Below, piece after piece: positions 1 through 12,227 of a stretch of 64,000 bases of DNA. Under the pieces are notes generated by a model. The model was not told where the DNA came from and did not search any database. It saw only the letters and a list, made by a program, of their open reading frames with translations. Source of the stretch: Antechinus flavipes (Eukaryota); assembly GCF_016432865.1 (NCBI RefSeq), contig NC_067403.1:245582001-245646000 (forward strand), in the 5' to 3' direction. Every line of letters starts with the position of its first letter. Position 1 is the stretch's first letter. Both the position numbers and the translations under genes were made by a program.

Positions 1-303
1 TTTGCTGTAGAAAAAGAATCGGACTTTGAAATAGTGTACTATTAGTCTGTGAAGGAAATAAAAAATGCAAATGGACAAAAATAGAGGGATTGGGAATTCT
101 ATGTAATGGTTCATAGTCATCTCCCAGAGTTCTTTCACTGAATATAGCTGGTTCAATTCATTATTGCTATATTGGAACTGATTTGGTTCATCTCATTGCT
201 GGAGATGGCCATGCCCATCAGAACTGATCATCATATAGTATTGTTGTTGAAGTATATAATGATCTCCTGGTCCTGCTCATTTCACTCAGCATTAGTTAAT
301 GTA
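1..303 (-). mobile_element. LINE-1 3' fragment (end of ORF2 plus 3' UTR), cut by window edge
   Basis: Closely matches the reverse complement of the L1 3' segment at about 18310-18620, which follows ORF2 C-terminal coding sequence. Confidence 0.85.
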
Positions 304-1325
304 TTTTGTTAATTTCTTGAAGTAATTACAGGAGATATGGTTGTTTCTATGATATGTGAAGGACTCTGGCAAAATACATTTTCTGTAAATAGTTATATAT
401 CTTCCAATGATGAGAGGAAGAAATGAAAAGAAGATTATAGCTCTACTTGCTGTGGTAGGTAAGAGGAAAAATTGGAATAAAAAGTTCCCTTCTCAAATCA
501 ATTTATTTCTTTTCAATCTGATTGAAATAAAATATTATTTTATGGATAGTCATAAACAAAAACAAAAAAACATTCCAATTTGCTTTGCCCTGCTGCCTTC
601 TGAGAAGGTTCAGACTATGTTCCATAATATCAAGGGTCCAAAGTTATTTCCTCTGAACTTGATAACTATAGAGACTTTTGATATTACTGGGTGAGAAGAT
701 ATAAGTGAATTATCTGATAGTGAAATGTCTCTCTTTGTTTTATAATACGCTGAAATTTATAATTTCCCTTAGGGTAAGTTCTGCTTTTTTGTCCAATGTA
801 TCTTCATATTAAGACTAAAACACATTACATACCTATTTTTGGAAGTTTATTTGTGCTTTTATTAGGAAGATGGTTAAGTGGCTTTTTTTTTTTTTTAACA
901 GAAACCATCCGGTTATAAATTTTAGTTGACCAATATCAGCGAAATTTCATGCAATTATAGAAATGAAAAGGCATATGGATGATTGGATACTAATAATGGT
1001 TAGTAAACCAATCTCCTTTGAGATACAATATTGTTATTCATGGTACCATCATAAAAACAAACTTTATAAACGTAACTTTTTATGTGTCATTGAAAATAAT
1101 AATTAAATATATCAAAAATTTGCCCAGGTTCAACCTCAATCATATCAACAGCAAAGGAATCTGTCTCTGAGGCATACACCAAGGAAACATCATGGGAAGT
1201 AAGGAGACCTTTGCTGGATTCCTTGATATTACATTGAAAAGTGAAAGTACACACCTGATCTTTTGTGAGTGGTGCATCCTATATTGAAAGAGCATATGCC
1301 AAACTGTTTTCCTTGGCTGGAAGAA

Positions 1326-2276
1326 ATGGATAATTGTAATGAGACTACATCAATTCAAGTAACTGAATTCATTCTCATGGGCATCACAAATCATCCTGAT
1401 CTACAAATTCCTCTTTTTCTTGTGTTCCTCATCATCTACATGATAACAGCTTTGGGGAATCTGGGTTTGATTATCTTAATCAAAATTGATTCTCACCTGA
1501 AAACACCCATGTACTTTTTTCTAAGGAATCTGGCATTTATTGATCTTGGATACTCCACTGCCATTGGCCCCAAAATGTTGGTTAATTTTGTAGTGGAGGA
1601 AAATGTCATATCTTATATTGGATGTGCAAGCCAGCTAGTAATTTTTATAACATTAATAATAAGTGAGCTTTATATGTTATCAGTGATGGCCTATGATCGC
1701 TATGTAGCTATCTGTAATCCCCTATTGTACATGGTCATTATGTCAGACAGAGTGTGTTATCTTTTGGTGGCCATCCCATATGTCTACAGCTCCTTTCAAG
1801 CACTACTGACAACAATTAAGATTTTTAATTCCTCTTTTTGGGAATCTAATGTAATTAGTCATTTTTATTGTGATAGTCTCCCCCTCCTGAGTATTTTATG
1901 CAAAGATGCAAAGGATGTAGAGTTATTTATTCTGAGCCTTTCTTCTTTTAATTTAATTTTCTCTCTCCTGGTTGTTCTTTTTTCATATGGACTCATTCTT
2001 ATGGCCATCCTCAGGATGAACTCTGCTGAAGGCAGACGCAAAGCCTTTTCCACCTGTGGCTCCCATCTCACAGTGGTGGTTGTGTTCTATGGGACACTAA
2101 CTTTTATGTACTTGCAACCCAAGTCTAGTCATTCCTTTGATACAGACAAGATGGCGTCTGTTTTTTATACCCTGGTCATTCCCATGCTTAACCCTTTGAT
2201 CTATAGTTTGAGAAATAAGGAAGTGAAAGATGCCTTGAAAAGAGCCATAGAGAAACAATGCAAATGGCTTCTTTAA
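1326..2276 (+). CDS. OR8K-like: Olfactory receptor, family 8 subfamily K-like (316 aa from ATG 1326)
   Basis: Motifs [63 protein letters not shown]; N-glycosylation sequon NET. The track start at 1269 is a GTG. ATG 1326 aligns with paralogue starts (gaaATG context). An in-frame ATG also exists at 1296. Confidence 0.93.
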   Translation: MDNCNETTSIQVTEFILMGITNHPDLQIPLFLVFLIIYMITALGNLGLIILIKIDSHLKTPMYFFLRNLAFIDLGYSTAIGPKMLVNFVVEENVISYIGCASQLVIFITLIISELYMLSVMAYDRYVAICNPLLYMVIMSDRVCYLLVAIPYVYSSFQALLTTIKIFNSSFWESNVISHFYCDSLPLLSILCKDAKDVELFILSLSSFNLIFSLLVVLFSYGLILMAILRMNSAEGRRKAFSTCGSHLTVVVVFYGTLTFMYLQPKSSHSFDTDKMASVFYTLVIPMLNPLIYSLRNKEVKDALKRAIEKQCKWLL

Positions 2277-3084
2277 TGTCTCTCCCTTTCAAAGAGTCAT
2301 TTTTTTCTTTTTTATTTTCTATTTAGCAAAGCAGAAATTTACTTATTAGCATCTGTGGCCTTGAGGTTAAAACAAAATCACTCTACACTAAAGAGTACCA
2401 AGGAGAAAATTTAGAGAAACATATCTTTTATTTAAATTCTCATCAGTGACATAAACACAATAAATATAATATTTTTCCTTAGTGTTTCCTACAAAAAGGT
2501 ATCTATCTAGTTCCTGAAGCAAACCATTTTATTTTGGGATTGCTCTAATTGTTCTGTTGTAGTGTTTTGTCATTGTTTCTTTGTTCTCTTGACATTGCCT
2601 AAATTTGCCTTTGTCACATCTCTCCAGTATTCCTGTTTCTTATTTCTGGGGTTAATTGGAATAAGTCAGTTTCCTCTTCAGTGACACAATCCTATATATA
2701 ATTGAAAACAACTTTTGTTCCACACTTTAGAAAACCAAACCTTCTTTTCTTTTGACTAAAATTTCTTCCAAATACCTTCAACTGATTGGTTGATAATTTG
2801 ATTGATTCATAAAACTCCTTCACAAATTCAGGTTATAGTAAGGAAAAAGCATCCTAATCGATGTATTCCAAAGTTAAAAGGGTTACCTCAGAAGGTTGAT
2901 ATTTTGAAAAACTTCAAGAAAATATTTTGTCACAATTTTTCATTATATCCTTGATTGGATTCTTGTTTATGGAAAAGTTTAACTTTATGCTTTACTAGAC
3001 AGGACTTGAGTTGTAGATGCAAGATCTAGCAGGAACTTTCTTTTGAGAATCAGTAAAACACTATTGTTTTTTTCTTCCTTCTCA

Positions 3085-5183
3085 ATAGAAATAAAGTAGA
3101 TAAAGAAGAAACAAAATTATCTCTCTTTGCAGATGATATGATTTAGAGAATCCTAGACAATCCACTTTAAAAATACTGGAAACAATGAACAACTTTAGCA
3201 AAGTTGCAGGATGTAAAATAAACCCACTTAAATCATCAGAATTTCTATGTGTTATTAATGAAATCCAGCAGCAAGAGATAATAAAAGTGCACTTAAAATA
3301 ACTGTAGATAATATAAAATATTAGATAATCTACCTAGCAAGACAAAGCCAAAAACAATATGAACACAATGACAAAATACTTTTCACACAAATAAAGTTAG
3401 ATCTAAACAATTGGAAAACTAACAAGTGCTCATGGGCAGACTGAACTAATAAAATAAAAATGATACTCCTACCTAAACTAACTTACTTATTTAGTGCCAT
3501 ACCAATTAGACTACCAGGAAATTAGTTTATAGAGCTAGAAAAAGTAGTAACAAAATTCGTGTAAAAGAACAAAATGTCAGGAATTTCAAGGAAATTAATA
3601 AAATTAATGAAAAAATGCAAATGAAGGTAGCTTAGATGTATCAGAACTAAAAGTCATCAAAATCATTTGGTACTGGCTAAGAAATAGTAGATCAGTAAAA
3701 TAGGTTGGGTTCACAATGACTACAGTAACTTGGTGCTTGATAAACCCATAGACTTCAGCATCTAGGATAACAACACACTTTTTTGACAAAAAAAAATCTA
3801 GAAAAACTAGAAAATAGTATGAAACAAGCCATATTAACCAACACCTAGCACCCTATACTAAGATAAGATTAAATGGGCTCATGATTTAGAAATAAAGGGT
3901 GATATTATAAGCAAATTCAGGGAGAATCTACTTGTCAGATATGTGGAGAAAAAGGAATTTATGATCAAAGAAGAATTAGAGAAAATTATTAAATGAAAAA
4001 TGGATTATTTTTATTATATTAAGTTAAAAAGGTTATAAGACAAACAAACTAATAGATTGGAAGGGAAGCCAAAAACTGGAAAAATTTTATATTCAATGTT
4101 TCTGTTAAGGTTCCATTTCTGAAATATATAGTGAACTAACCCCAATTTATAAGAATTCAAGTCACTCCCCAATTGATAAATAGTCAAAGGATATGAACAG
4201 ACAATTTTCAGATGAAGAAATTAAAGCTCTTTCTAGTCAAATGAAAAAAATGCTCTAAATCTCTAATGCTTAGAGAAATGCAAATTAAGACAACTCTGAG
4301 GAACCATTATATACCTCTCAGATTGGGTAAATTGACAGGAAAAGATAATAATGAAGATTGGAGGGGATGTGAGAGAATTAGGACATCAATACATTGCTGG
4401 TGGAGTTCTGAACTGATTCAACCATTCTGGAGAGCAATTTGCAACTATCCCCAAAGGGCTATCAAACTGTGCATACCTTTGATCCAGCAGTGTCTCTTCT
4501 GGATCTGTATTCCCATGAGATCATAAAAAGGGGAAATGAAACCTTCTGTTCAAAATGTTTGTAGCAGCCTTTTTTTTTTTTTATATTGAAAGGAACTGAA
4601 AACTGAGCAGATACCCATCAATTGAGGAATGGGTGAATAACTTACGGTGTATAAGTATAATGTAAAATAATTGTTTTAAGTTAAATGATGAAGAGGCTGA
4701 TTTCAGAAAAGCCTGGAAAGGCTTACATGAACTGATTCTAAGTGAAGCAAATAAAACCAGCAACAAGAAGATTATTTGATGATCAACCCTGATGGATTTA
4801 GCTATTTTCAATAATTTGATGATCCAAGGCAATGTAATAGACTTGTGACAGAAAGAGCCATCTACATCCCAGGAGAGGACTATTGAGACTGAATGTATAT
4901 TGCAGCAGTGTTTTCATGTGTTGTTGTTGTTTGTTTCCTTTATTTTTCTCATTCTCCCTCCTTATGATCTGATTTTGCTTATACACAGTGATAAATGTGG
5001 AAATATATTTGGAATTATTATATATGTTTACCTATATTGGATTAGTTGCTGCCTGGGGAATGAGAGGTGAGGAGGGAGGGAGAAAAATGTGGAACAAAAA
5101 GTTTTGTCTTGGGTGAATTTTAAAAACTACCTTTGCACTTAGTTTGAAAAATAAAAGTTATTATTAAAAAAATAAAATAAAAA
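3085..5183 (+). mobile_element. 5'-truncated degraded LINE-1 (RT end, ORF2 C-terminus, 3' UTR, poly-A)
   Basis: Begins with LSLFADDM-coding DNA (ctctctttgcagatgatatg). ORF 4266-4526 reads REMQIKTTLR..WRGCERIRTSIHCWW. G-rich 3' UTR and A-rich tail near 5165-5183. Confidence 0.92.
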
Positions 5184-5871
5184 GCCTGAAAAATCCTTTG
5201 TTTTAATTTATAATATTGCCTGATTTGTTTTTTTTTCCCCTTCTTAACTTTATAATAACATATATTTTATTGATATTCACTATTTTGGGAATTCCTATCA
5301 CTTCCCATTAATTCACACACACCTCATTTTAGATAGAAACCTTTCCTTATAACAAAAAAATGTAAGTAGATTATTATACTATAGCCATCAAAAACTATTA
5401 AATTCCCAAAATGTTATTCATCAGAGGTTCAGGACAAATATGCACATGGTGCTATTAGCTATTGGAGAAAAGGGAAATGGTCATTGAATGGGGGAATGCA
5501 TAGAATAAGATTATAGAAGAATATTGGGTTCATGTATTACCTGTTATTATTGTACATATCAGGGAACCCCAAGCTATTAAGACCATCAGTAGCAATGCCA
5601 AATTAGTCCCTTGAGTTCCTAAAATAAAATTAAGCATTCCTAGATATCCTTCCTATAGTGAACAGAGCAAGACACTAAGGGAATCCAAAGGAAGTAAGTC
5701 AACAAGGGAGAGGTGATTAATGGCACTTCTACCAAAGTTCTAAGCCATCTATGCAATAGAGATTTTCTTGTTTAAGTTTTACTTGGCAACATCCCAGAGA
5801 CAGAGGCCCATTTAAGCTTTAACTTTTGTATTGCCACAAAAATATTCATATCTTGAATATTATATATAAGT

Positions 5872-6030
5872 AACTCTAAACAATTTGTGTCATGAATATT
5901 TTTGGCAATCTACTAAAGTCTATAATAGATGGCTTCTTTGAAAAATTATTTTAAATGTATAGTATAAAATGTAAAGGATTGCAAAAGGAACCAATTATAT
6001 GGAAATAGTAAATAAAATAATAGAACTCAA
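5872..6030. mobile_element. Probable old hAT/Charlie-type non-autonomous DNA element fragment
   Basis: Recalled resemblance (tttggcaatct...tttaaatgtatagtataaaatgtaaaggattgcaaaaggaaccaattatatggaaata) to MER-type MITE consensus; not checked by search. Confidence 0.4.
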
Positions 6031-8372
6031 GTAAAGATTTCTACCTTATATTCAACCTACATACATATCTTGCCATATACAAATTATAAGCATGTTTTGT
6101 AATTTTTCAATTTAACTGTGTCAGTACAAATCTGTTTTATAAACTAAAATAAGTTTGTTTTCCTGAAGATCTCACTTATAACTAGTACTATTTATACACA
6201 ACAAGAATTTAATAAATATTTTCTGAATAAATGAATGAGTAGATATACTTTGAAATACATACATAAATATACATTGCCTGATTAAAATGCAAACTCATCA
6301 CCAATATAATTCTTTTCATTCTCTCTACTCATACTTTATGACCAAGCATTATACGCCAAACATAGCAGGCATTTGATAATTGGTTATTGGTTGAGTGATA
6401 CATAAGGCATACTAGTTGGATCATGAACCATGAAGAAATGTGGTTTTGATATTGGATAAGAATTGAACATATTCTGAATTTGAAATGATTAATTTATTAA
6501 TGACTAAATGTCAGAGATAAAATTTGAGTGGTTTACAGAGAAGAGAAAGGAAGGAGCAAAGGCAGAGAACAAAAGAAAGGTAGCAGGGGGAAAGCAATAA
6601 GAATAGCCACTGTTAAACCAGCTATACTAGGGTACATGGGACCAATTGACCAACTTTTGGTGAATGTGTCATATTTTCTTTATGTGCTAAAAATAATCTT
6701 TGACAATCACTCTTTCACAAGAATAGTTTACATGTAAAAGTAACAACTCTAAATCACACTCTTTCCATTAATTCACTTGAGGGCCAAATTGATATGAAAA
6801 GGATGTCTTAATAATTAGTCCCTAAAGTGCCCTTGCTCCCCAGTGGAAGTGGCCTGTATTGGGATTTTTTTTTTTTTTAGTGTGGTATCTGATGCTAGAG
6901 ACTGAAAGTTTGCCATACATCAGAAGTCTCACAAAATTTAAGGAACAAGCAAAATTCCATTGAAAAAATTAATGGGGCTGAACCATCTTAGTACAGGACA
7001 CCAATTTCTCATCCATTGGTAAGTCACTCTTTGTATTTTTTCCCCTCAACAAACCAATTTGAACAAAATCTGAGCAATCTTTATTATACTATTTAACCTA
7101 CCTTTATGTTACACAGATAGCTATCAGTTAAACCAATAGCTAAAATGATGTTTTTGTCTCTGTGGAGTTTGAATAAGCCCATAAAAAGAATATTATTCAA
7201 GTCCTTTTGTAGGAATGAAATTATGAGCCTAAAATTGAGAAGGTAACTTGTAAGCTTTAACTAGTTTCCATGTTAAGCTATTTTTTCTAGTGCTATACAG
7301 AAGTTCCTTAATTCATATACATATCTTGTTTAAAATATTAGTACTCTATCTAGAGAATTGATGGTATATTTGGAAAGAAAACAAAATCAAGATAAATCAT
7401 TCATCAATAGGAGCAGATGATTTTGTTGTAATTGCTGTTTTTTTTTCTTTTGAAACCAACTCAGTGTGTGATAATAGGAGTTTCAAAAATGTTTGAACTA
7501 AAATCTTCAGATAATATTATATATATATACATATATGATATAAGATGCAACAGAAAATAACCAAAGATAGGGAACACTAGCAGTCTCTGATGTTCTAATG
7601 ACCAAGGGGTAAATTTTTCATGGATGTTTGAATAACTAGATAGATTTGTTCATAGGATAATAACATAGGGTAGTTTAAGGTATACTACTATAATGGTTCT
7701 CTCATTCTCTACCAAACCATTGTTTGTTTGGCAAGTATTAACAACACAGTCATTGATTACAAATTATTTCTAAATAGAACAGATAGACTTGTTGAGAGGA
7801 GAAGAAAAATAATATATATATTTAAATAATGAGGAAAAGATATTCACATCCTATTAAGAGATTTGGATTCATGAGTAACAAAACTTATTTTTAAATGCTA
7901 AATCCACAATAAACATATAAGGCAAAGGACCTAGTCTTCATATTGTGGTAGAAAATTTTAGGAAGCAAGATCTTTGAAGTAGATTATATGATTAGTGTGG
8001 GAATGGTTTGTCAGGGATGTTCCTGAAAATATGATAGTAAACCTAGGTTTAGAGAGAAATTATCATTTTCCCCTCCATTTCAAAAGAATTTTTTTTCTTT
8101 TTGCATAGGTCTTTATTTCTACTGAATTTCTGCTAAATAATCACCTACAATTTCTTTGGCTGGTATCATCAATGATTGCAATTGGCATCATTTCATGTGT
8201 GCAATAGTGTTAAAAAGTCTACACCTGTTTCAATTGTGGTGATTGTTTTGGCCATACTGACAGATAATTGAAGTTCATGAGCTTTGAAATAAATCCATTC
8301 AAACCCACTTCACCATTTTGATTTGTTGAATGTAACACTAATTGGTTAGCAACTCACCAAAATGGTTGATTT

Positions 8373-9720
8373 TAGTTTCCCTCTTCTTTTTTCTTCTCTC
8401 CCTTCCCTTTCCTTCCTTTCTTCAACTCCCTGTTTCTCTCTCCTTCCCTTTGCTTCATCTTTCCCTTGGTTCTAATTTTCTCTCTTCCTTTTTTTCCTTT
8501 TCTTCCTTTCTCCTTCTCTCCCTTCCTATGTTTCTCCTTTTCCTTCCTTTCTCTTCTCTCCCTTCCCTTTCCTTCCTTTCTTCTCTCCCTTCTATGTTTC
8601 TCCTTTTTCTTCCTTTCTCCTTCTTCCCTTCCTATGTTTCTCCTTTTTTTCCTTTCTCCTTCTCTCTTCCTATGTTTCTCCTTTTCCTTCCTTTCTCCTT
8701 CTCTCCCTTCCTATGTTTCTCCTTTTCCTTCCTTTCTCCTTCTTCCCTTCCTATGTTTTCCTTTTTTCCTTCTTTCTCCTTCTCTCCCTTCCTATGTTTC
8801 TCCTTTTTCTTCCTTTCTCCTTCTCTCCCTTCCTATGTTTCTCCTTTTCCTTCCTTTCTCCTTCTCTCCTTCNNNNNNNNNNNNNNNNNNNNNNNNNNNN
8901 NNNNNNNNNNNNNNNNNNNNNNNNNNNNNNNNNNNNNNNNNNNNNNNNNNNNNNNNNNNNNNNNNNNNNNNNNNNNNNNNNNNNNNNNNNNNNNNNNNNN
9001 NTTCTCCTTTTCCTTCCTTTCTCCTTCTCTCCCTTCCTATGTTTCTCCTTTTCCTTCCTTTCTCCTTCTCTCCCTTCCTATGTTTCTCCTTTTCCTTCCT
9101 TTCTCCTTCTCTCTTCCTATGTTTCTCCTTTTTCTTCCTTTCTCCTTCTCTCCCTTCCTATGTTTCTCCTTTTCCTTCCTTTCTCCTTCTCTCCCTTCCT
9201 ATGTTTCTCCTTTTCCTTCCTTTCTCCTTCTCTCCCTTCCTATGTTTCTCCTTTTCCTTCCTTTCTCCTTCTCTCCCTTCCTATGTTTCTCTTTTTTCCT
9301 TCCTTTCTCCTTCTCTCCTTCCTATGTTTCTCCTTTTCCTTCCTTTCTCCTTCTCTCCCTTCCTATGTTTCTCCTTTTCCTTCCTTTCTCCTTCTCTCCC
9401 TTCCTATGTTTCTCCTTTTCCTTCCTTTCTCCTTCTCTCCCTTCCTATGTTTCTCCTTTTCCTTCCTTTCTCCTTCTTCCCTTCCTATGTTTCTCCTTTT
9501 CCTTCCTTTCTCCTTCTCTCCCTTCCTATGTTTCTCCTTTTCCTTCCTTTCTCCTTCTCTCCCTTCCTATGTTTCTCCTTTTCCTTCCTTCCTTCCTTTT
9601 CCCATCCTTCCCTCTGTCCCTTTTCTTCCTGCCCTTTTTCTTTCCTTCTTTTCTCCATCCCTCTCTCTATTCCTTCATCCCTTCCTCCTCTTTTTTCCTT
9701 TTTTCATTCTTTCTTTTTTT
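8373..9720. repeat. Polypyrimidine minisatellite, about 41-bp unit CTATGTTTCTCCTTTTCCTTCCTTTCTCCTTCTCTCCCTTC, flanked by degenerate CT-rich sequence
   Basis: CTATG anchors recur at 9037, 9078, 9117, 9158, 9199, 9240 (spacing 41, with one 39); roughly 20 or more copies; interrupted by an N gap. Confidence 0.95.
8873..9001. other. Assembly gap (N run)
   Basis: Run of N inside the minisatellite. Confidence 0.99.
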
Positions 9721-10284
9721 CTTCCTGGAATTTATGAAGACCCTTTGGTAATGCAAGAAGAGGATAGAGAATCAGTTTGGAATATATCATTAGAGAAAAG
9801 CTTGAAAGAGTTAAGCTTTTGCAAGCTTATCTATTGTATAGAACATATCAGGTGTATTTTTCTAAGGCTTGATTTGCCTCACTTTCCCAGACTGGATGTG
9901 CCATGGCTACTCATGAGTCAATCCCTCTTCCCAGTCCATATCTGACTGAGATTGCTTTATTTCTCATGTTTTTGAGAGTTCCATGTGTGGGTGAAAAATT
10001 GTGAAGTTACCTGATCAGCTTTAATCCCATTCAAGTTCAGAACTCTAACCTCATTCTACTCAGGAGCAGGAACTGCAAGTGTATATCTCTCTGTCTGACC
10101 ATCAATTGTCTTAAAAACCTAACTTGCTTGTCTGAATTGTGGGACTTTTTTCTGGCTTAAAATATATATGAATTATGATGATTGAAACATCTCTGAACAG
10201 AATCAAAGGAATTATGAGAACTCTGTTAAATAAAAATGCTCATATTTCTGCTGTACTTTAAGCTTGCAAATCAATGCAGAGACA

Positions 10285-10570
10285 ATCAACTATGATAGAT
10301 TTGGTTTTTCTCATTGGTTCAGTGATCCAAGGTAATTCTAATAAATTTTGGATAGAGAACACCATCTACATCCAGAGAGCAAACTATGGAGACTGAATAT
10401 ATAACCATACCTGCTATGTTCACTTTATTTTTTTCTTCTATTTTTTAAAAATTTTCCCTTGTGGTTTTTCTTTTTGTTCTGACTTTTTTTTCCATCATGA
10501 TTCATATGGAAATATATAAAAACTAGAAATGTGCATGTATAACAAAAAGAAAAAAAGAAAAAGAAAGAAA
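10285..10570 (+). mobile_element. LINE-1 3' UTR fragment
   Basis: Shares ggttcagtgatccaagg...gagaacaccatctacatccagag...actatggagactgaat with the L1 3' UTRs at 4800-4900 and 33800-33960. Confidence 0.7.
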
Positions 10571-11659
10571 AAAAATCAATGCAGAATCCTACAGTAGGCT
10601 TAATGGTTAAAACATGAGATGAGGTTAACATAGAAGCTTGATTTCACAGATTTCACAGAAGGATTTGACTGGTCAGCATTGTTATTCTTTATTGTATCAC
10701 CTCTTAATTCCTACACATATTAAAGTTGGAAGTGATAGCAAAGAATCTCACTTGGAAAGGACTATGAAAGATATTTTGACTAACTGGTGTCTGAGCCAGC
10801 ATTTGCCTATATAAATAACCTAAGTAATCCACAAGTTTGAAGAACTCTAGAAAAAGGGAGCCCAGTACTTCACAGGGTGCTCTCAATTAGGGATACTGTT
10901 CTTTGTGAAGATATATCCCCTTATCTCTTCCATGAAAATTAAATCCATGTCTTTATAAGTCACTTCCTTTATCCAGAACTGATTTCATTAAGTCCAGACA
11001 GAAAACATCTCATACTTTAAAAAAATGACCCTAGTGCAAAGAAAACTCAGAATTATTTTTTATCCATTTATTTATTATTGTTTAGAACTACATTGTACTC
11101 AGAATTGTTGTCATACTTTCAACTGTTCTTCTTTTCTGTCATTCATTTACATAGGTTCAAAATTTACTCTTCTCCTAAAATTATTTGTATAGATTCATAA
11201 TTTTAATATTTTCTCCCTAACATCCTCCATCTGACAAACTCCAGTGATGGTAAACTTCCAGCCTTTCAAGACAGACCAACTCACTTTTAGGCAGTTGTAT
11301 TGTTTTATATTGATTTACTTTAATTTTATGGAAATCTGATTTTCTGCCCCCCCATTATGTTATTCTTATTGTCCAAATAGAATAAGTAGGATATCTTCCT
11401 CAAAATGAGAGACATGATTCATCCAGCTCCCCATTTTATTCCATTAAGTATTAATCAGTTCAATGTGATTACATGACGATTAACAATAGTTAGAAAGTAT
11501 TAGTTTAGCCCTATAACAATAATACAAGAATAGCATATATTGATAAATATTTTATGTAAAGAGACTATGACAACATAGATTAATTCTTATAGTAGATCTC
11601 AAATTTTATATTGTACATTCACTGTTTACCACTTATTTAACAGTTAGGAAGTACACCTG

Positions 11660-12227
11660 TGTAATGGCAAGAATTCTGACAAAGATAGCTCCATCCCATT
11701 TTCCTCAATTGTCATGACCAAACCCAGCATGGGTGGCAAGTTTTGACATGATTTANNNNNNNNNNNNNNNNNNNNNNNNNNNNNNNNNNNNNNNNNNNNN
11801 NNNNNNNNNNNNNNNNNNNNNNNNNNNNNNNNNNNNNNNNNNNNNNNNNNNNNNNNNNNNNNNNNNNNNNNNNNNNNNNNNNNNNTTTCTTTTGTCCAAC
11901 ATTAGGAGAAGCTCATCTTCAGATATTTAGTCAGTGGAGATGATTCCTGCTTATCCCAACCCACTAACCCCATACTGATACAGCATTTTCACCCCTTTCA
12001 GAGAATCAAAAGTGAAGTCTATCAATCAATAAGATTTGGCATTTGATTTTGCCTCTTCTGCATGTTTAGGTACCAAATGCTATAAAAGTAAGGTCTGAGG
12101 GACCAGGGACACTTGAGATTTGATTTGAGCTTTAGTTCATTAGAGAGAAAACTCTCCTTAATAAAGTGCTATTGGTTTGGAGCTCTGCTCATTTTTCTTA
12201 TTGTAGTTTGGGAATTTTGGTCCCACA
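11660..12227 (+). mobile_element. Probable solo ERV LTR (gap inside)
   Basis: Starts TGTAATGG (11660), TATAAAA at 12081-12087, AATAAA at 12160-12165, ends ...GGTCCCACA (12227): the U3-R-U5 signal order. No clean target-site duplication found. Confidence 0.65.
11756..11885. other. Assembly gap (N run)
   Basis: Run of N. Confidence 0.99.

Noticed and set aside
1269-1325. 19-aa N-terminal extension from the track start
   Set aside because: Starts at GTG and the equivalent region is intron or leader in paralogues; only the ATG at 1296 remains a possibility.
2459-2464. AATAAA downstream of OR stops (also 14471, 57586) as poly-A signals
   Set aside because: The hexamer is too frequent in this AT-rich DNA to assign without 3'-end data.
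8345-8353. GTTAGCAAC, an RFX-like half site
   Set aside because: Single short match with no conservation evidence.
8373-9720. CRISPR-like array interpretation of the 41-bp repeat
   Set aside because: No unique spacers, no cas genes, and a eukaryotic context.
8342-9945. Three long ORFs (469, 423, 410 aa) rich in F/L/S/P
   Set aside because: Artefacts of a pyrimidine minisatellite that cannot form stop codons, plus an N gap; all three frames are open.
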